From NCBI RefSeq assembly GCF_021028975.2, contig NC_059427.1, positions 134,106,001 to 134,170,000 on the forward strand: 64,000 bases of DNA, read 5' to 3'. The notes under the pieces are model-generated. The model was not told where the DNA came from. It was given only the letters and a program-made list of their open reading frames with translations, and ran no database searches. Positions within the stretch are counted from its first letter, which is position 1. Every line of letters starts with the position of its first letter. The DNA comes from Sphaerodactylus townsendi. Taxonomy: Eukaryota. Made by a program: the position numbers and the translations under genes. Below are positions 38,355-51,659 of the stretch, one piece after another.

Positions 38355-39700
38355 TCTGGGCTGCTGTGTGGTTTCTGGGCTGTATGGCCGTGTTCTAGCA
38401 GCATTCTCTCCTGACATTTCACCTGCATCTGTGGCTGGCATCTTCAGAGGATCTGATAGTAGGAAAGGAAAGCAAGTGGAGTATATATACCTGTGAGTAA
38501 AGGTCAATAAGTGAGGGCATCTGAATAGGAGTGGCCTGGCAAGTGAGTAACAATGAAGTGTAGCATGTGAGTAACAATGGAGATAGCAAGGTCAATTGGT
38601 GAGGCATCTGAATAGAAGTAGTCTGGCCTTTGTTCTCTTTGATTGTTTATTGTCTATAATCATCCTGTATTTGTGTGGAGCTGATTAGCCACTGTCTTGA
38701 CTCTAATGTTTTTCAAAACTGGCAGCCAAATTCTGTTCATTTTCATGGTTTCTTCCTTTCTGTTGAAATTGTCCATGTGCTTGTGGATTTCAATGGGGAT
38801 CATTAGAAAAGGAATTGATAATAAAACTGCAAAGATTGTCATGCCCTTATATAAAGCAGTGGTGCGACCGCACTTGGAGTACTGTGTCCAGTTCTGGTCG
38901 CCGCATCTCAAACAGGATATTGAGGAGATAGAAAAAGTGCAGAGAAGGGCAACAAGGATGATTGAGGGACTGGAGCACCTTCCCTATGAGGAGAGGCTGC
39001 AGCGTTTGGGACTCTTTAGTTTGGAGAGGAGGCGGCTGAGGGGGGATATGATTGAAGTCTACAAAATTATGCATGGGGTAGAAAATGTTGACAGAGAGAC
39101 ATTTTTCTCTCTTTCTCACAATACTAGAACCAGGGGACATTCATTGAAAATGCTGGGGGGGAGAATTAGGACTAATAAAAGGAAACACTTCTTCACGCAA
39201 CGTGTGATTGGTGTTTGGAATATGCTGCCACAGGAGGTGGTGATGGCCACTAACCTGGATAGCTTTAAAGGGGGCTTGGACAGATTTATGGAGGAGAAGT
39301 TGATTTATGGCTACCAATCTTGATCCTCTTTGATCTGAGATTGCAAATGCCTTAACAGACCAGGTGATCAGGAGCAACAGCCGCAGAAGGCCATTGCGTT
39401 CACATCCTACATGTGAGCTCCCAAAGGCACCTGGTGGGCCACTGCGAGTAGCAGAGAGCTGGACTAGATGGACTTTGGTCTGATCCAGCTGGCTTGTTCT
39501 TATGTTCTTATGTTCTTAATGGCTTCTCTGTGTAGTCTGACATAGTGGTTGTCAGAGTGGTCCAGAATTTCTGTGTTTTCAAATAATATTCTGTGTTCAG
39601 GTTGGTTTATTATGTGTTCCCCTATTGCTGATTTTTCTGGCTGAAATAGTCTGCAGTGCCTTTCATGTTCTTTGATTCGTGTCTGAGTGCTGCGTTTGGT
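38355..39700 (-). mobile_element. PLE 3' part (GIY-YIG C-terminus plus terminal repeat with hammerhead motif at 38410-38450), split by a CR1
   Basis: TKRSTQTRIKEHERHCRL...SAIGEH...RLHREAI | EIHKHMDNFNRKE..MNRIWLPVLKN rejoins across the CR1. Confidence 0.88.
38797..39517 (+). mobile_element. Young 5'-truncated CR1 LINE
   Basis: Uninterrupted ORF2 end (LYKAVVRPHLEYCVQFWSP...LERRRLRGDMIEVYK...FKGGLDRFM), (TTCTTATG)n tail, AATGG repeated at 38792-38796 and 39518-39522. Confidence 0.95.
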
Positions 39701-39917
39701 GGGGCGCGCGCGCAAAACTCAGATTTTGCACCAGGCTCCATTTTTCCTAGCTACACCTCTGCCCGGAGCAGAGAGCAGAAAGGACTGCCAGCTGGGAGCC
39801 CAGCCAGTGGGGGGGGGGGGGTTGGGGGGCGGGGCAAGGAAGTCTGTCGTCCGTGGCCTCAGAGAACTTCTCCACTGGGCCTCCCAGGAGCCTCTCAGCC
39901 CGTCTTTCTGTGCAGCG

Positions 39918-40080
39918 GGGTGTGGTGGGTAGAGTGTCGTGCTGAGATTCGGGAGCCCTGAGTTCAAATCCCCAGTCTGATGCAGAAGCTAGCTGGGTGA
40001 CCTCGGCCCACTCACGTGTTCTCAGACTCTGCTACCTCAGAGGGCTATTGTAAGGATGACAGTGGAGAGCTCTGGGAAGA
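39918..40080 (+). mobile_element. tRNA-derived SINE
   Basis: A box ggtgtggtggg, B box gagttcaaatccc, then gctgggtgacct...acctcagagggctattgtaagga. Confidence 0.65.
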
Positions 40081-40573
40081 AGAATGGGAACTCTAACACA
40101 GTTCCCAAATGTGTTAGAGCGCTCCCTTCTCTTTCTTCACTACTAAGCTTCTCCAAATGTTTATATTTCTATTAATATATGTTTATGTCCTCCAAATGTT
40201 TACATTTTTGTAATTTAATGTTTACACTTTGTAATGTTTTATATTATTGTATTTTTATAAATATGTAAGGCGCCTTGAGTCCCTTGGGAAATTGGTGGTG
40301 TAGAAATGTAAAATATAAATTAAAAAAAATAAGTACTGAGGCCGGGGTGGGGCTTGGGAAGGCATGGCCACGCCCCCCATGGGGCGGGTGGGGGCATGCC
40401 CCCACCCCTGGACCCTCCCATAAAAATATATATACCTACGTCCCTGTGTAGAAGTGCCTCATCTACCTGCCATTTAAAAAATGGTTTCAGGCTTTATGCT
40501 GCAAAGCCCTTAAAGCCACAGTGCAGCAAATTCCATGGTCATGTTGGTCATAGCTTCTGGAGAACTTAATTAA

Positions 40574-40652
40574 AGCAGCTAGATTCTAGTCCAGTAGCAC
40601 CTTAGGGGCCAACAAGATTTTGGGGATATGAGCTTTTGAGAGTCAAAGCTCT
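40574..40652 (-). mobile_element. Isolated terminus of the second PLE family
   Basis: Matches 33245-33312 (agtccagtagcaccttag...caacaaga...tatgagctt...gagtcaaagctc). Confidence 0.7.
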
Positions 40653-42327
40653 GTTTGTATCTGCCAGACAAAAATTTGGTTTCCAAGGAGAAAAAGTAAC
40701 ATACAAAAAGAAAATTAAGTGCTAGAAAGGGTTGGTTTTGGAATGAAATCAGTAATGTGATACCAAGAATTAGGCATTTTGTATAGGAGCTTTGGGGAAA
40801 GCGTTTGGGTTCCAAAGTCTGGGGCTTTATGGGAAAAAGATGTTAAAAAGCCAGGACATCATCCCTTCCAAGTACAAGGTATCAGAAACTAGTCAGTACA
40901 AAGTACTGTGTAGGCTTTCCAGTCTTTAGCCTTTGTTCTGCTTCCAGAGACTTTCTGGAATTCTGCCTCCTTCTTCTATTCTGAAACAGCATTGGACTCT
41001 TCCAGCAGTGTAGGTGGAAATACAATACGAATAAACTTGCATATTCACCAACAAAAGATTGTGGGAGCATATGGCATTTTAAAAAAAAAAGTCGTTAGGC
41101 TGCTACCTTTACTGCTGTGCAGTAAAGATGTTAATTCCTGTTTTTTATAATTTGGGTATAGGCTAAGTATATTAGCATACATTTTCAAACCAAACATTAA
41201 TCCGCCACCTCAGGGATCCACAAGAAAGAAACATAAGCTGAAATTTGTGAAAAATAAAGTGTGTTTGGAGAGGTGGTGTGCAGGAAGGTGACGCTGCCAC
41301 GTGGTAAGTCATTTCTAGGCGGGGCTGAAACTGCTGAGGGGGTGACAGGACCCCAGTTGGCTCAGAGGCACTTGTACTGGTGTTGGAGCACTGCACAGCA
41401 CCACGACATCTGGGTGCCAATTCAGCCGTGGCATCAGTGCTTCTCAAGTACAGGAGCCAGAGCTGACTTTAGTCAGCTTCCTGAACCCTTTCGGCTCAGG
41501 AATGCTCCTATTTGCCAACACAGACTTATGCCAGCAAAAAGGTCAGTGTAGTCCATTGTGCTGCATGGGGGAATTTCTCAGAGGTTGGGTGAGAATCGTT
41601 TTTGGCATGCTGGCTGTGGCACAGCAAGCCTCTTAGGAGATGGTGTGGCTGCGCCATCTTCAGGCACACCAAAACAAGCCCACCCCCCTCAGGACTGTGC
41701 AGTGTCCAACTTCTGATGACATTTCAGAGCCAACCCATCTACTTCTGAAAGCTGAAGAAATGGATTCCCATCCCAGTCCCCAAGGTAACAAACTAGCTAT
41801 TAGTTGATAGGGGCTAGTTAAGATTATGGCTTGGTTACTGTGATCCATCTGCAGAAGCTGCTGATGATCACTCATCTTCCTACCTCTCCTCACCTCATCA
41901 GCCATTTCTAACTCCAGCAAAGTTTATTCCCTGGGTTGCACAACTGGTATGCAGTAATACCCAAGTATGTTGGTAGCAGTGTTGAGGGGAAAGAGGGCCC
42001 TGTGTCTTCCATGAGCTGAGCTCTGTTGATGGAAGAGGAAAAAGTGAGCAATTTTACTCCCTTCTCCTTCCCCACTGCAGCTTCCTAACCTGTGTTGCTG
42101 TTACTTCACATAGATTCTGTGACCCCCAGGAATGGCTGCATGGGAAGGGAAAGTCAGGAACTTCTTGCACTGGATCCAATCCAGTTGTTTACGTTCTTTT
42201 TTTTCATCAAGGAATTCTAACATGAATTTGTAGGGTTCCCTCAAGGTCTCACATTTAGGCATGGGGCATACCCATAATAGACTGAAACGAACTGCTCAAC
42301 AGAATACATGTCTTGGGGCCAGGTCTG

Positions 42328-43478
42328 ACTAGGTTTGCGAACTCCAGGTTGGGAAATTCCAGGAGAGTTTGTGGTTGAGGAGAGCAGAGTTTGGGGAGGG
42401 GAAACACCTCAGCTGAATACCATAGAGTCCACCCTCCAAATCAGTCATTTTGTCCATGGAAACAGATCTTAGTCATCTGGAGTTCAGTTGTAATTCTCCA
42501 GGCCTCACCTGGAGATTGGCAAACCAGTGGAAAGAAACAGCCTCTGGGTGGCTTAATACTACCCCACCTGCCTGACTCAACTAGGCCTGACTGCTTGGTA
42601 TTGTTCGACCCCAGCCGCCCTATGAAAGCCAGAGTGGTGTAACAGAAATGACCTTGACATGGCATGATGCCATGGAGTTCACCCTCCACAAAAGCCATTG
42701 TCTCCAACCGAGAGAATTGAATTCTGAGTAGGGCCTGGCAGACCCAGGTCCAAATACCAATCTTACTGTGGAAGCTCGCAAGGTGATTTTGGGCCAATCA
42801 CATGTCTTCAGTATAACCTGCCTTACACAATTGTTGAGCAGATAAAAAGGAGAGGAGAATAATGCAAGCTGCTTTGGTCCCCACTGTGGAGAAAGTTGGG
42901 GTATAAACTAAGTAAATAAATAATAAATGTAACTGAAGATGGGAGGCAGATGAAAGGTAGTTTGGTGAATGGCTGAGAAGGAGAGAAAGAGGCAAGGGAA
43001 GGGAAGGGGATGTGGAGGTTGCCAGGAGGAGGGCAAGAGGAAATAGTCTAGGGAGGGGGATGTAGTTGAACCTGAGATGGCAACTCTATCTTAGGGAATA
43101 GCTGGAGATTTGGTGCCTGGTGCCTGAGGAAGATGGGGTTTGAGGAGCAGAGGAATCTCAGAAGGGTATCATGCCATAGAGTCCACTTTCCATGGGAACT
43201 AGGATTGCAAGCGCCCAGGTGGGGCCTGGAGATCACCAGGAATTGCAGATGACAGAGTTCAATTCTCTCGGTTGGAGACAATGGCATCATGCCATGGCAT
43301 CATGCCATGTCAAGGTCACTTCTCTCCCCAAATTTCTCTCCCCCAGGCTCCACTCCCAATCTCCAGGGATTTTTCAACCTGTAGCTGGAAACTTTAAGGG
43401 GCACATGATCTCTGTAGTTGGGAGATCTGTTGTGATTCTAGAAGATCTTTAGGTTCCATGGAGAGGTTGGCAACCTTA
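42328..43478. mobile_element. Cluster of degenerate TAGGGTTGCCA-ended hAT MITEs and a tRNA SINE
   Basis: Repeated blocks ctccagg...cctggag.ttggcaacc and catgatgccatggag..caccctcca; SINE at about 42625-42925 with an (AAAT)n tail. Confidence 0.55.
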
Positions 43479-43691
43479 TGAGAAAAGGAAACCGGCAAAG
43501 TGAAGAAGCAATGAGGCCCTGCAAGAAAGGGAAAGATGAAACAGTAAGGTGGGAATGTGAGGCCTCCCACAAGTCCTTGCAGGTCCCCATTTGTACAAAT
43601 CTTAAACTCTAATCCCCACACTTAATACTTTAATTCATACTAAAAATCACAAAATTGAAGTCTAAAATATAAAATCAAACAAATCTGAGAG

Positions 43692-44168
43692 TTATGTCCC
43701 TACTAGGCCTCTGCGTTCAGCAGAGGCCAATTTGCTGGTAGTCCCTGGCCCCTCAATGATGCGGCTGGCCTCCACCCGGGCCAGGACCTTTACAGCTCTG
43801 GCCCCTGCCTGGTGGAACACTCTTCCTCCAGCTGTCCGGGCCCTGCGGGATCTTGGTGAATTCTGCAGGGCCTGCAAGACGGAGTTGTTCCACCGGGCCT
43901 TTGGAGCGTCCAGCCGCTGATAAGCGCCCCCTTTTATTCCCATGTAATTAGGGTCCATTATCATCTATAGGACCCATCCTTTCTTCTCCCCTCTTGGGAG
44001 GGTTTAATGAGGACTATTGCGGGCATTGTTCAGATGTTATTTGCTGCATTTTAATTTAAATTATTAAGAGCTTATTATGTATTTGTAATTTTATGTTGTT
44101 CACCGCCCAAAGCCCTTCGGGGGTAGGGCGGTATATAAGACTGAATAAATAAAAAATAAATAAATAAA
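43692..44168 (+). mobile_element. L2-type LINE 3' end
   Basis: RPLRSAEANLLVVP...RARTFTALAPAWWNTLP...FCRACKTELF, then terminal hairpin caccgccc...agggcggt and an (AAAT)n tail. Confidence 0.82.
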
Positions 44169-46704
44169 AGTTACAAGTGATTAATTATGATAAATGATTA
44201 AAGCAGTCTTCCCGTTAGTTCTTCTTCATATGTTGTCCTCTGTTGTTTTAAAATAGAGGAGTATGAAGCTCTAATCCATAGCTAAGGCTTCTTCAGGTCA
44301 TTTTGTTCCATTCTTTCACCTCTTGACAAAAATAGCATATTTCCCTCTTGCTAGTACATTCATTCGAAGAAAACTGTGTCTATAATCTGAGATCATTCTA
44401 CAGAAAGATGGTAGCTACTAACTACCCCCAAGCTTGCCATAACATTTCCTGTGCTACCTATGTTATATGGCCAAATAAGCACCAAAGGGAAGTATATCAG
44501 TCATACGATGAAGTGTCATTCTCAACAGACCACACCGCATGTTGGTTCTAGGGCTGGGCACCCTTTTTTCCTTATTTTTCAGGTTCAGTTTGGCTTTTAC
44601 CATATGCACACCCCTAATTGGTTCTTCACCACTGGTTGGTTCCACAATGATTACTTTTCCGTTTCCTGTCCGGTGGTTATCTGATGCATTTCCCAAACCA
44701 ACTTTTTGACTCCATTTAAGTCCTCATGAAGAAGATCCTCTTCTCTGTATCAAACGTATGCTGTGTGCCAGGTAGCTTCAGATTACTTTAATATGAAACA
44801 TAAGTTCATTTGGTGCTTGTTAGAAAGCATGAAAAGAGAATAGCAAACAAATCGGACCTGTATGAATTAAAAACATCAGATGGCAAAATCTTCAATACCT
44901 GATGGACTTCATCCCTATTTAGAATATCTCTACAATCAGGAGGCTGTTTCTTTGGAGTCACTGAAAATGTTTCGTGTAGCCTTTGTAAAAATGTAGGTTT
45001 GTCCTTATAGAACTATATTTAGGTTCCGTATGTTTTTGTTTCTAAAGTTAATATAATTCATGCCCTTTGGAGCTACGTATTTGCAATTCCCCTGAGTAAA
45101 AACAGCAATTACTGGAGCCTATGTAATAATTTGAACTGTATCAGGAGGTTCTAATTGTCTGCATACCTGGTAACACCCTTCACCGCTACTCTGTACCAAG
45201 CCACCATGCTTAACTCACATCTGATATTATGTGTTTCCTCAGTTCCACTAGAATACCACACAGTATTGACCACATTTGGTGAAAAGTCTAGAAACCAGAA
45301 AAGGACACAGGGAAATGAAAGGTGATGGATGTTTTGAGATTATACTATGGTTAGTGTTGTCATTGTTAATACACTGTATTTTGTAGAACTGTTTTTAGTA
45401 GGCCTCTTTTTTTTGCCAGTATCTTCTTTCTGCATAGTCCACATGAATGGTTTACAGTAATCTTCATTCACAGTTAAAGTTTGGCATTCGTGCGTTTAGG
45501 GTTGCCAGCTCATTTTTACTAGAGATCTAAAATTTTGTTGCTTTGTACAGCTACAGTTTTACCTTCTGTTCTGCAAATTGGTATTTTCAGCATCCAGCTC
45601 AGCCAAACAAGCTGTCCCTTATATTTTTCCAGTCAGACTTTCAAACAGCAACAGCAACAAGTTAAGTCACAGTATTCCGCTCCTTTGTTTCATTCCTATT
45701 TGAATCTCCACTGTAAGAAGATGGAATTTTCTTGGTGGTTCGAAATGGTTTTGAAAGGGCTGAAATTCTCTACTTCTTCTGTGCTGTTATAATGAGGGAA
45801 GGCTGGTATGTAGCTGAACGAATGAAAAACTGGTGGTTGCTTTAGAACTTAATCTGTTTTGAGTTATTTTTAATGCTTTTGCATTTTCAAAATGTCATCC
45901 ATACCTCAAAAATATTTGAAACTATATATAAAAAAGTAAAAGAAAATTAAAAGGGTCTGCCTTACCAGAAATGTGCCAAGCAGGCTTGGCAAGACATCGT
46001 TTAGAATTAATCAAGCATTGTTGAAACATTCTGACCTTCAGAATACTTAATACCTGCATATGAACACTGCATCACAAAGTGTGTAACTGAGCATTAGCGG
46101 CTTCAAAGTGCCTTTTCTAGCTCTGAACATTGCCCAGGTAGATTGATAACATACATAAACTGTAAGCACCATGCAGTCATTGAAGTACTCTTTACATAAG
46201 CAGGCCAGAGGGGCTGGTAACAAATGAACTCTGGGACCTAACAGCGCAACTATTAGGCAATTCTTGCAGCAAAATATGCAGCCCTTTATATTTTTCTCTT
46301 GGTTTATTTTAAGCAATTGTTATTGATTTGATAAGACTGCTGGCAAGTCTAGCTTCTTTTCGACAGTTCCTCTCAGTGTACATTGCAGTATCTCTTTCCT
46401 TCTGTCAGGCCGCAACTTATAGATAATTTAAATGAAGTAGTATCTCATTGTTCAACTGGATAAGACCACTGGGAGATTTGTAAATGGATCACCCAAGCAT
46501 TTATTGGTAATTAGCCATTTTGAGATGTATAGATGGGATTGGCACCAGGGCAAGGGAGCTTAACCCTTTCCCTCTCACACTGTTCCCAATTTCAAATCTC
46601 TCCCATCTCCCTGCAATGGACTGGCAACTTAGATATTCCCTCGTTAGGGCACTGTGGAAGGGCATTTGAAACTGGGAAAATGGTGGAAGGGGGATAGTGT
46701 TACC

Positions 46705-47291
46705 CAGAGGTGGAATCCAGCAGGTTCTCACCAGTTCCCGAGAGTGGGTTACTAATTATTTGTGTGTGCCGAGAGGGGGTTACTAATTGGGTCTGCTTTT
46801 CTGTTAGAAATTCCATTAGGTCCAAAAATCATAAAGTCCTGTTGTTTCCTATGTGGCTGGTTAGCGAAGGTAGAAAACGGGATAATTCTCCCTGTTGGGC
46901 TGTTTTAAAAACATGTTTTAGAAATATGGTAAAGTTCCTTGTTTAAGGAAGTCTCCTTCTTTTGATTTCCAGAAACAAAATTAAGTATTTGAAAGTATTA
47001 AGTATTTGACAGGCAGTCAATTAGAGGAGAAGTCGTTGTTTCTGTTGGCAGTAGATGATAGGACTTGCTATAATGAGTTTAAATTATGGACAGAAAGATA
47101 CCAGCTGGAAATTAGGAACTTTTTTTTACAGTAAGAGTTTTTTACAGTAACAGATAAATTATTAATGCCCCGCCCCCGGAATGCCCGGCCATGTTTCCGT
47201 CGTGCCCCGTGCAGCCCCATTGGCACTGCGCCACTGTTTGAATCCCACCACCATGGGAACCTGTTACTAAAATTTTTGGATCCCACCACTG
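46705..47291. mobile_element. Non-autonomous hAT element
   Basis: TIRs CAGAGGTGGAATCC / GGATCCCACCACTG; perfect 8-bp TSD GTGTTACC at 46697-46704 and 47292-47299. Confidence 0.9.
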
Positions 47292-50199
47292 GTGTTACCC
47301 CCCCCCCCAGCTGTTATTTACTAATTTTGAAAACATTAGAGATGCATGCATGAGACTCCTGCCATCTTGTGTACTTTGACCCTCAGTATAAGCATAGCAG
47401 CAAGTTAAAGAAATGGTTGTTGAATCTGAATTCTGAAGTTGATAAGTAAGGAGCTGATTAATTAAGGGTTTTAATTAAGGGATTGATTTTTCAATACTAT
47501 TTTAGTCTGGAAATAGTTAAGCAGTTTTAATGGTCTGCATTTTTATGCTGGGGTGGGGTTTTATGCTGGATTTTAATTAATTTTTAGTCCTTTGTTTTTA
47601 TTATTAATTTTTTTTTGCAATTTCACCTTGGGATAATTCCTGGAGTGGCAGCATAAAAATATTTTGTAAATAGATTAATATATGATGTTCTGTGTATGTG
47701 TTTGCAAAATCATGATTATCAGAAAGTAACATTAAATATAATGTCCTATGGTTGTTCAGATAAAGTTGATCATATTCAACCTGGAACAGGGGAGGAGAAA
47801 CAGAACGATGTCTTGATTCATGTCGAAACTCTTACTTCAGGCTGGATATCAAGTTCAGATTGCCAGTTTCATCAAGAACCACAAAAATGGAGAATTGCAT
47901 CTCCTGCTGTAATCCACTCCTATTACTTTGACTGAGGTACCATTACCAAGAGGTAACTATCTGGATGTAAGCCTGCGCCCAGACTCAAACCCCTCACACT
48001 GAGGCCCCAAAGTTGAGATACTTACCTGGTCTGCAGTCATCAGAAGGAAGGAAAGGTGCCAGGGAACAGGCTGCCTGCCTAAGGCAGACAAGAGACTCTA
48101 CAAGAGCAAGATGACCAAAGAAGAACACCTAGGCCAAGGAAACAGATGAAGCCAGCCAGGTCTGGGTGAAAGGAAAATATATATATAGGTCACAAAAATG
48201 TATGAAATAAATAAATGTTACTAGAAAATATAATTCCACTGTGGGTAGATTGATGAAGTTAACCATCTCTCATTAAAAAGGAATTGTTTTGTCTGAATCG
48301 TACTGCAGTGCAAATTTCTGTTTGCTGTAACAGTGGAGTGATTTTGCCTCCTCGTCACTGCCACTCACAAAGAGCCCTGTGGCTTTTTCAGCAAGTTCCA
48401 CATAGCATTCAGCTTTTCAGGAATCTCATAGCTACTGAGGAAACAGAAAAGGAGGGCATGAGAAATCTTTGTCTGTGAATGCCTTCTGTTCATGGTTCAT
48501 TGTTGGGCTCTAGAAGTTCAGCCCAACAATAAGTATGAACTCAATTATTCTCATCCCTGAAATCCACAGACATTGCAACATTATCAGTACTGCTGGCATT
48601 TAAGTCAGCTTTCTTCCTTAAAAGTTTTACAGCAGCTGCATTGATAGTACATTAAAGAGATTTAAAGAGATTACTGTGCAAGTTTCAGAAAACTGGCAGT
48701 GGGGGAAAATGTTAACACAGAATATGGATAAAACGTATTTAAATGTGCAAGATACAATTTAAACGTCTATGCTGAACCACTTTTAAAATGTCACGTTAAA
48801 ATGTCATGTAAGCCTGAGCTACTCAGATCATTTTTGATCATATCAGCAAAATATTTTTGGATTGGATCCTAAAGAACAGCAAGCAGAGTGAACTTGCAGA
48901 AGGGGTTTATGCTACCTTCTACTTTGTGCCCTCAAAAATCGCACCTGGACATTCAGAGACCCTTAGGAATGGCATGGGGAGTTGTAGTCAGAAAAGGAGA
49001 CTGGCACAAATGTTTCACCAGTGCCTACTGTATATATCATGGAAGTGATGGTGCAAAAGATGGGGAGGGCCATTTACTGGTGGTTTTCCCTTCTGGCTGG
49101 AGGCCTTCATCCCACAGTTTTTGGTCTAGCCTTTCACCCAGCCTCCACCCCAGCAGCAGTCCCAAACCCTCACACTTACCTGGTTCAGCGGCGAAAAAGC
49201 CTTTTTGGTGGTAGCGCGGGATGGAGTTGTGCTGAAGCTCCACCTTGCTGCTGGGTCCTGTGCCAGTTGGGAAGCCCACAACATCTGACTCCTGCAACAA
49301 CTGCTAGTTGCCTGCCAATTGCATTTTGGCCAATGAGGAGCAGCCAGCAGCCTGCTCACACTACAACAGGGAATCTCTTACAGCTGGCTAGAACTCTCAG
49401 TTAAATGACAGGCACCTGGACAGGGGGACAGGCAAAAGGACACATCCTGGGCAGGCCACATTAAAGGCTAGGAAAGAATGGGGTGGGATTGATCTAGCCT
49501 CAAGGAGTAGGGGTGGTATAGAATACAGGCCAGGGGAATAGAATAAAAGGAGAGCTTTTATTCAAGCTGGGGAGGAGTGAAGAGATGCTGAGTCTAGTCT
49601 AAAGGCTGAGGTCTCTCAGAGAAGAGGGCTGGGTGCAACAACCCTTTCTTTTTTACATGAAGTCCAGCCTCCATAAACTCCCCTGTGCTAATTCTCATTC
49701 AAAAAGTTAAAAAAATAAAATAACTTTTGGTGTTTGTTACCTCTGCCACCCTCAAAGATTTATAAGAGATTAGGCATTGCAACAAATCATTCCTGAGAAT
49801 TTAAAGTGTGACAAGATTAATACATTCAGTTACGGTAGTCTATGGAAACTGCACATACACTGGCCAGCCGTTCTGTTCCCCTCCACCTTCCCCCCCCCCC
49901 CACTTTAAGATTATACGATGTCTGCCTAATAAACATTGCGATGTGATTTCACCCCATGGGTCAGTAATGACTGGGTGCTTGCACAAGGATTGATTTGACT
50001 ACTGTTACCTTTTTAAAAGGGGATAATGATGTAGCAAGGGAAATGGCTCCCTAGAATCCTAATTTTACGGAGTTTTAATGTACTTCTCACATGCACCTTT
50101 CAAGCTAGCCAGCAAGAGGTCTATCTAGAGTGATCTCTGAGTGACCTCCCTCTCCCAAATAATTATTTCTGTGGAACCCTTGTCTTATCTCTTCTTCTT

Positions 50200-50405
50200 T
50201 TTTGCTATCACGTCACATCTGATTTATGCTGACCCCTGTTGGGCTTTCAAGGCAAGAGATATTGACAGGTGTTTTGCCATTGCCTGCCATGACATCACTA
50301 CCACGATATTCTTTGGATGTCTCCCATCATAATACTTGCCAGGGTCAACCCTGCTTAGCTTCTGAGATCTGACAAGATCAGGCTAGGGCTATTCAGGTCA
50401 GGGCA
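50200..50405 (-). mobile_element. 5S-derived SINE
   Basis: Reverse complement contains gatcttgtcagatctcagaagctaagcagggt...agtattatgatgggagac. Confidence 0.7.
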
Positions 50406-51302
50406 TCTAATCCCTTAGCCTTTTTTTAAACTGCTATTGGCAACAGGTATATTTGGAAAGTTCGTTGCAGTTTTTTCTCTGCTACTGTTTGCCCTCCTGT
50501 GACTTCCAAACATCAGTATGTGATATCCAGAAAATACTGACAAGGTAATTAATCACAAAATAAAAATGCTTTGCCTAACAGCCCAGCCAATTCAGCCCAA
50601 AAGGTGTCTTTCTCATAAATTATTTAAAAATACTTCTAGATGCTAGAAACCAGGCAGTCCTATTTAGCAAACTGGAAAAATATCCCACATTGGGCATATC
50701 ATTTGACAATATCTTCCACCTTGGGACCAGTATTTAGTATTGGTAAAAGGAATTGGTTTAGTGTTCACTTCAATGAAAAGACACCTGGCTGCTATTGCTA
50801 CTTATCATGATCCTTCGAATGAGAGATGAGTTTTTGGCAGAATATCTAAATATTTTCTGAAAGGCTTAATTATCTGTTTTCCAGTAAAATTATATGTGCC
50901 CCAATGAATCTTTCCCCTAGTATTTTCCTTGTTAATGTTTGAACCTTTGAACCTATGGCTACTTGCTCTTACTCTACTTACTTGTTCTAGCTACTTACCA
51001 TATTTAACACTTGAAAAGGGGTTTATTTTGGCAGTGGGGATACATTTGGCCACTCGCCTTGGTCACGTGGGGAAACATTTGGCCACCTGCCCCCTCCCTC
51101 CCACTGCAGAGGCCAAAAAAGACAACCAGGGGCTGGTGAGACAGTGGGCATGCCGATGATCAGGCGAGAAAGGTGGGTGGGTAAGCTATGGCTCACACCC
51201 CCCCACTCACTCTCTGCTCACCCGTTCACCCGCCCTGTTCACCGGGGGGGGGGGTGTCAGTACTTATCCTGGGTGCCATTTCTTGCATTTCTATGCCCCT
51301 GA

Positions 51303-51512
51303 TTTTCGTATTGTGAGAAAGAGAAATTTCTCTCTGACAACATTTTCTACCCCATGCATAATTTTATAACTTCAGTCACATCCCCCCTCAGACGTCTCCT
51401 CTCCAAACTAAAGAGTCCCAAACGCTGCAGCCTCTCCTCATAAGGAAGGTGCTCCAATCCCTCAATCATCCTCATTGCCCTTCTCTGCACTTTTTCTATC
51501 TCTTCAAGATGA
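51303..51512 (-). mobile_element. CR1 ORF2 fragment, same family as 38797-39517
   Basis: EEIEKVQRRAMRMIEGLEHLPYEERLQRLGLFSLERRRLRGD. Confidence 0.9.
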
Positions 51513-51518
51513 CACTTA

Positions 51519-51659
51519 GGCTCATTCCGCAAATGCAGAATAATGCACTTTCAAACTGCTTTCAGTGCTCTTTGAAGCTGTGCGGAATAGCAAAATCTAC
51601 TTGCAAACAGTTGTGAAAGTGGTTTGAAAACGCATTATTTTGTGTGTGCAGAAGGGGCC
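51519..51659 (+). mobile_element. 141-bp Harbinger-like MITE, copy 2
   Basis: Near-identical to 31630-31770; flanks TTA / TCT do not match. Confidence 0.88.

Noticed and set aside
38697-39323. 208-aa ORF as a host gene
   Set aside because: It is the CR1 ORF2 C-terminus fused by chance to antisense PLE sequence.
39918-39980. tRNA gene
   Set aside because: Has A/B boxes but no cloverleaf, and continues into a SINE body.
50320-50405. 5S rRNA gene candidates (also near 19550, 37815, 62655)
   Set aside because: Diverged, partial, and joined to non-5S flanks; these are SINE heads.
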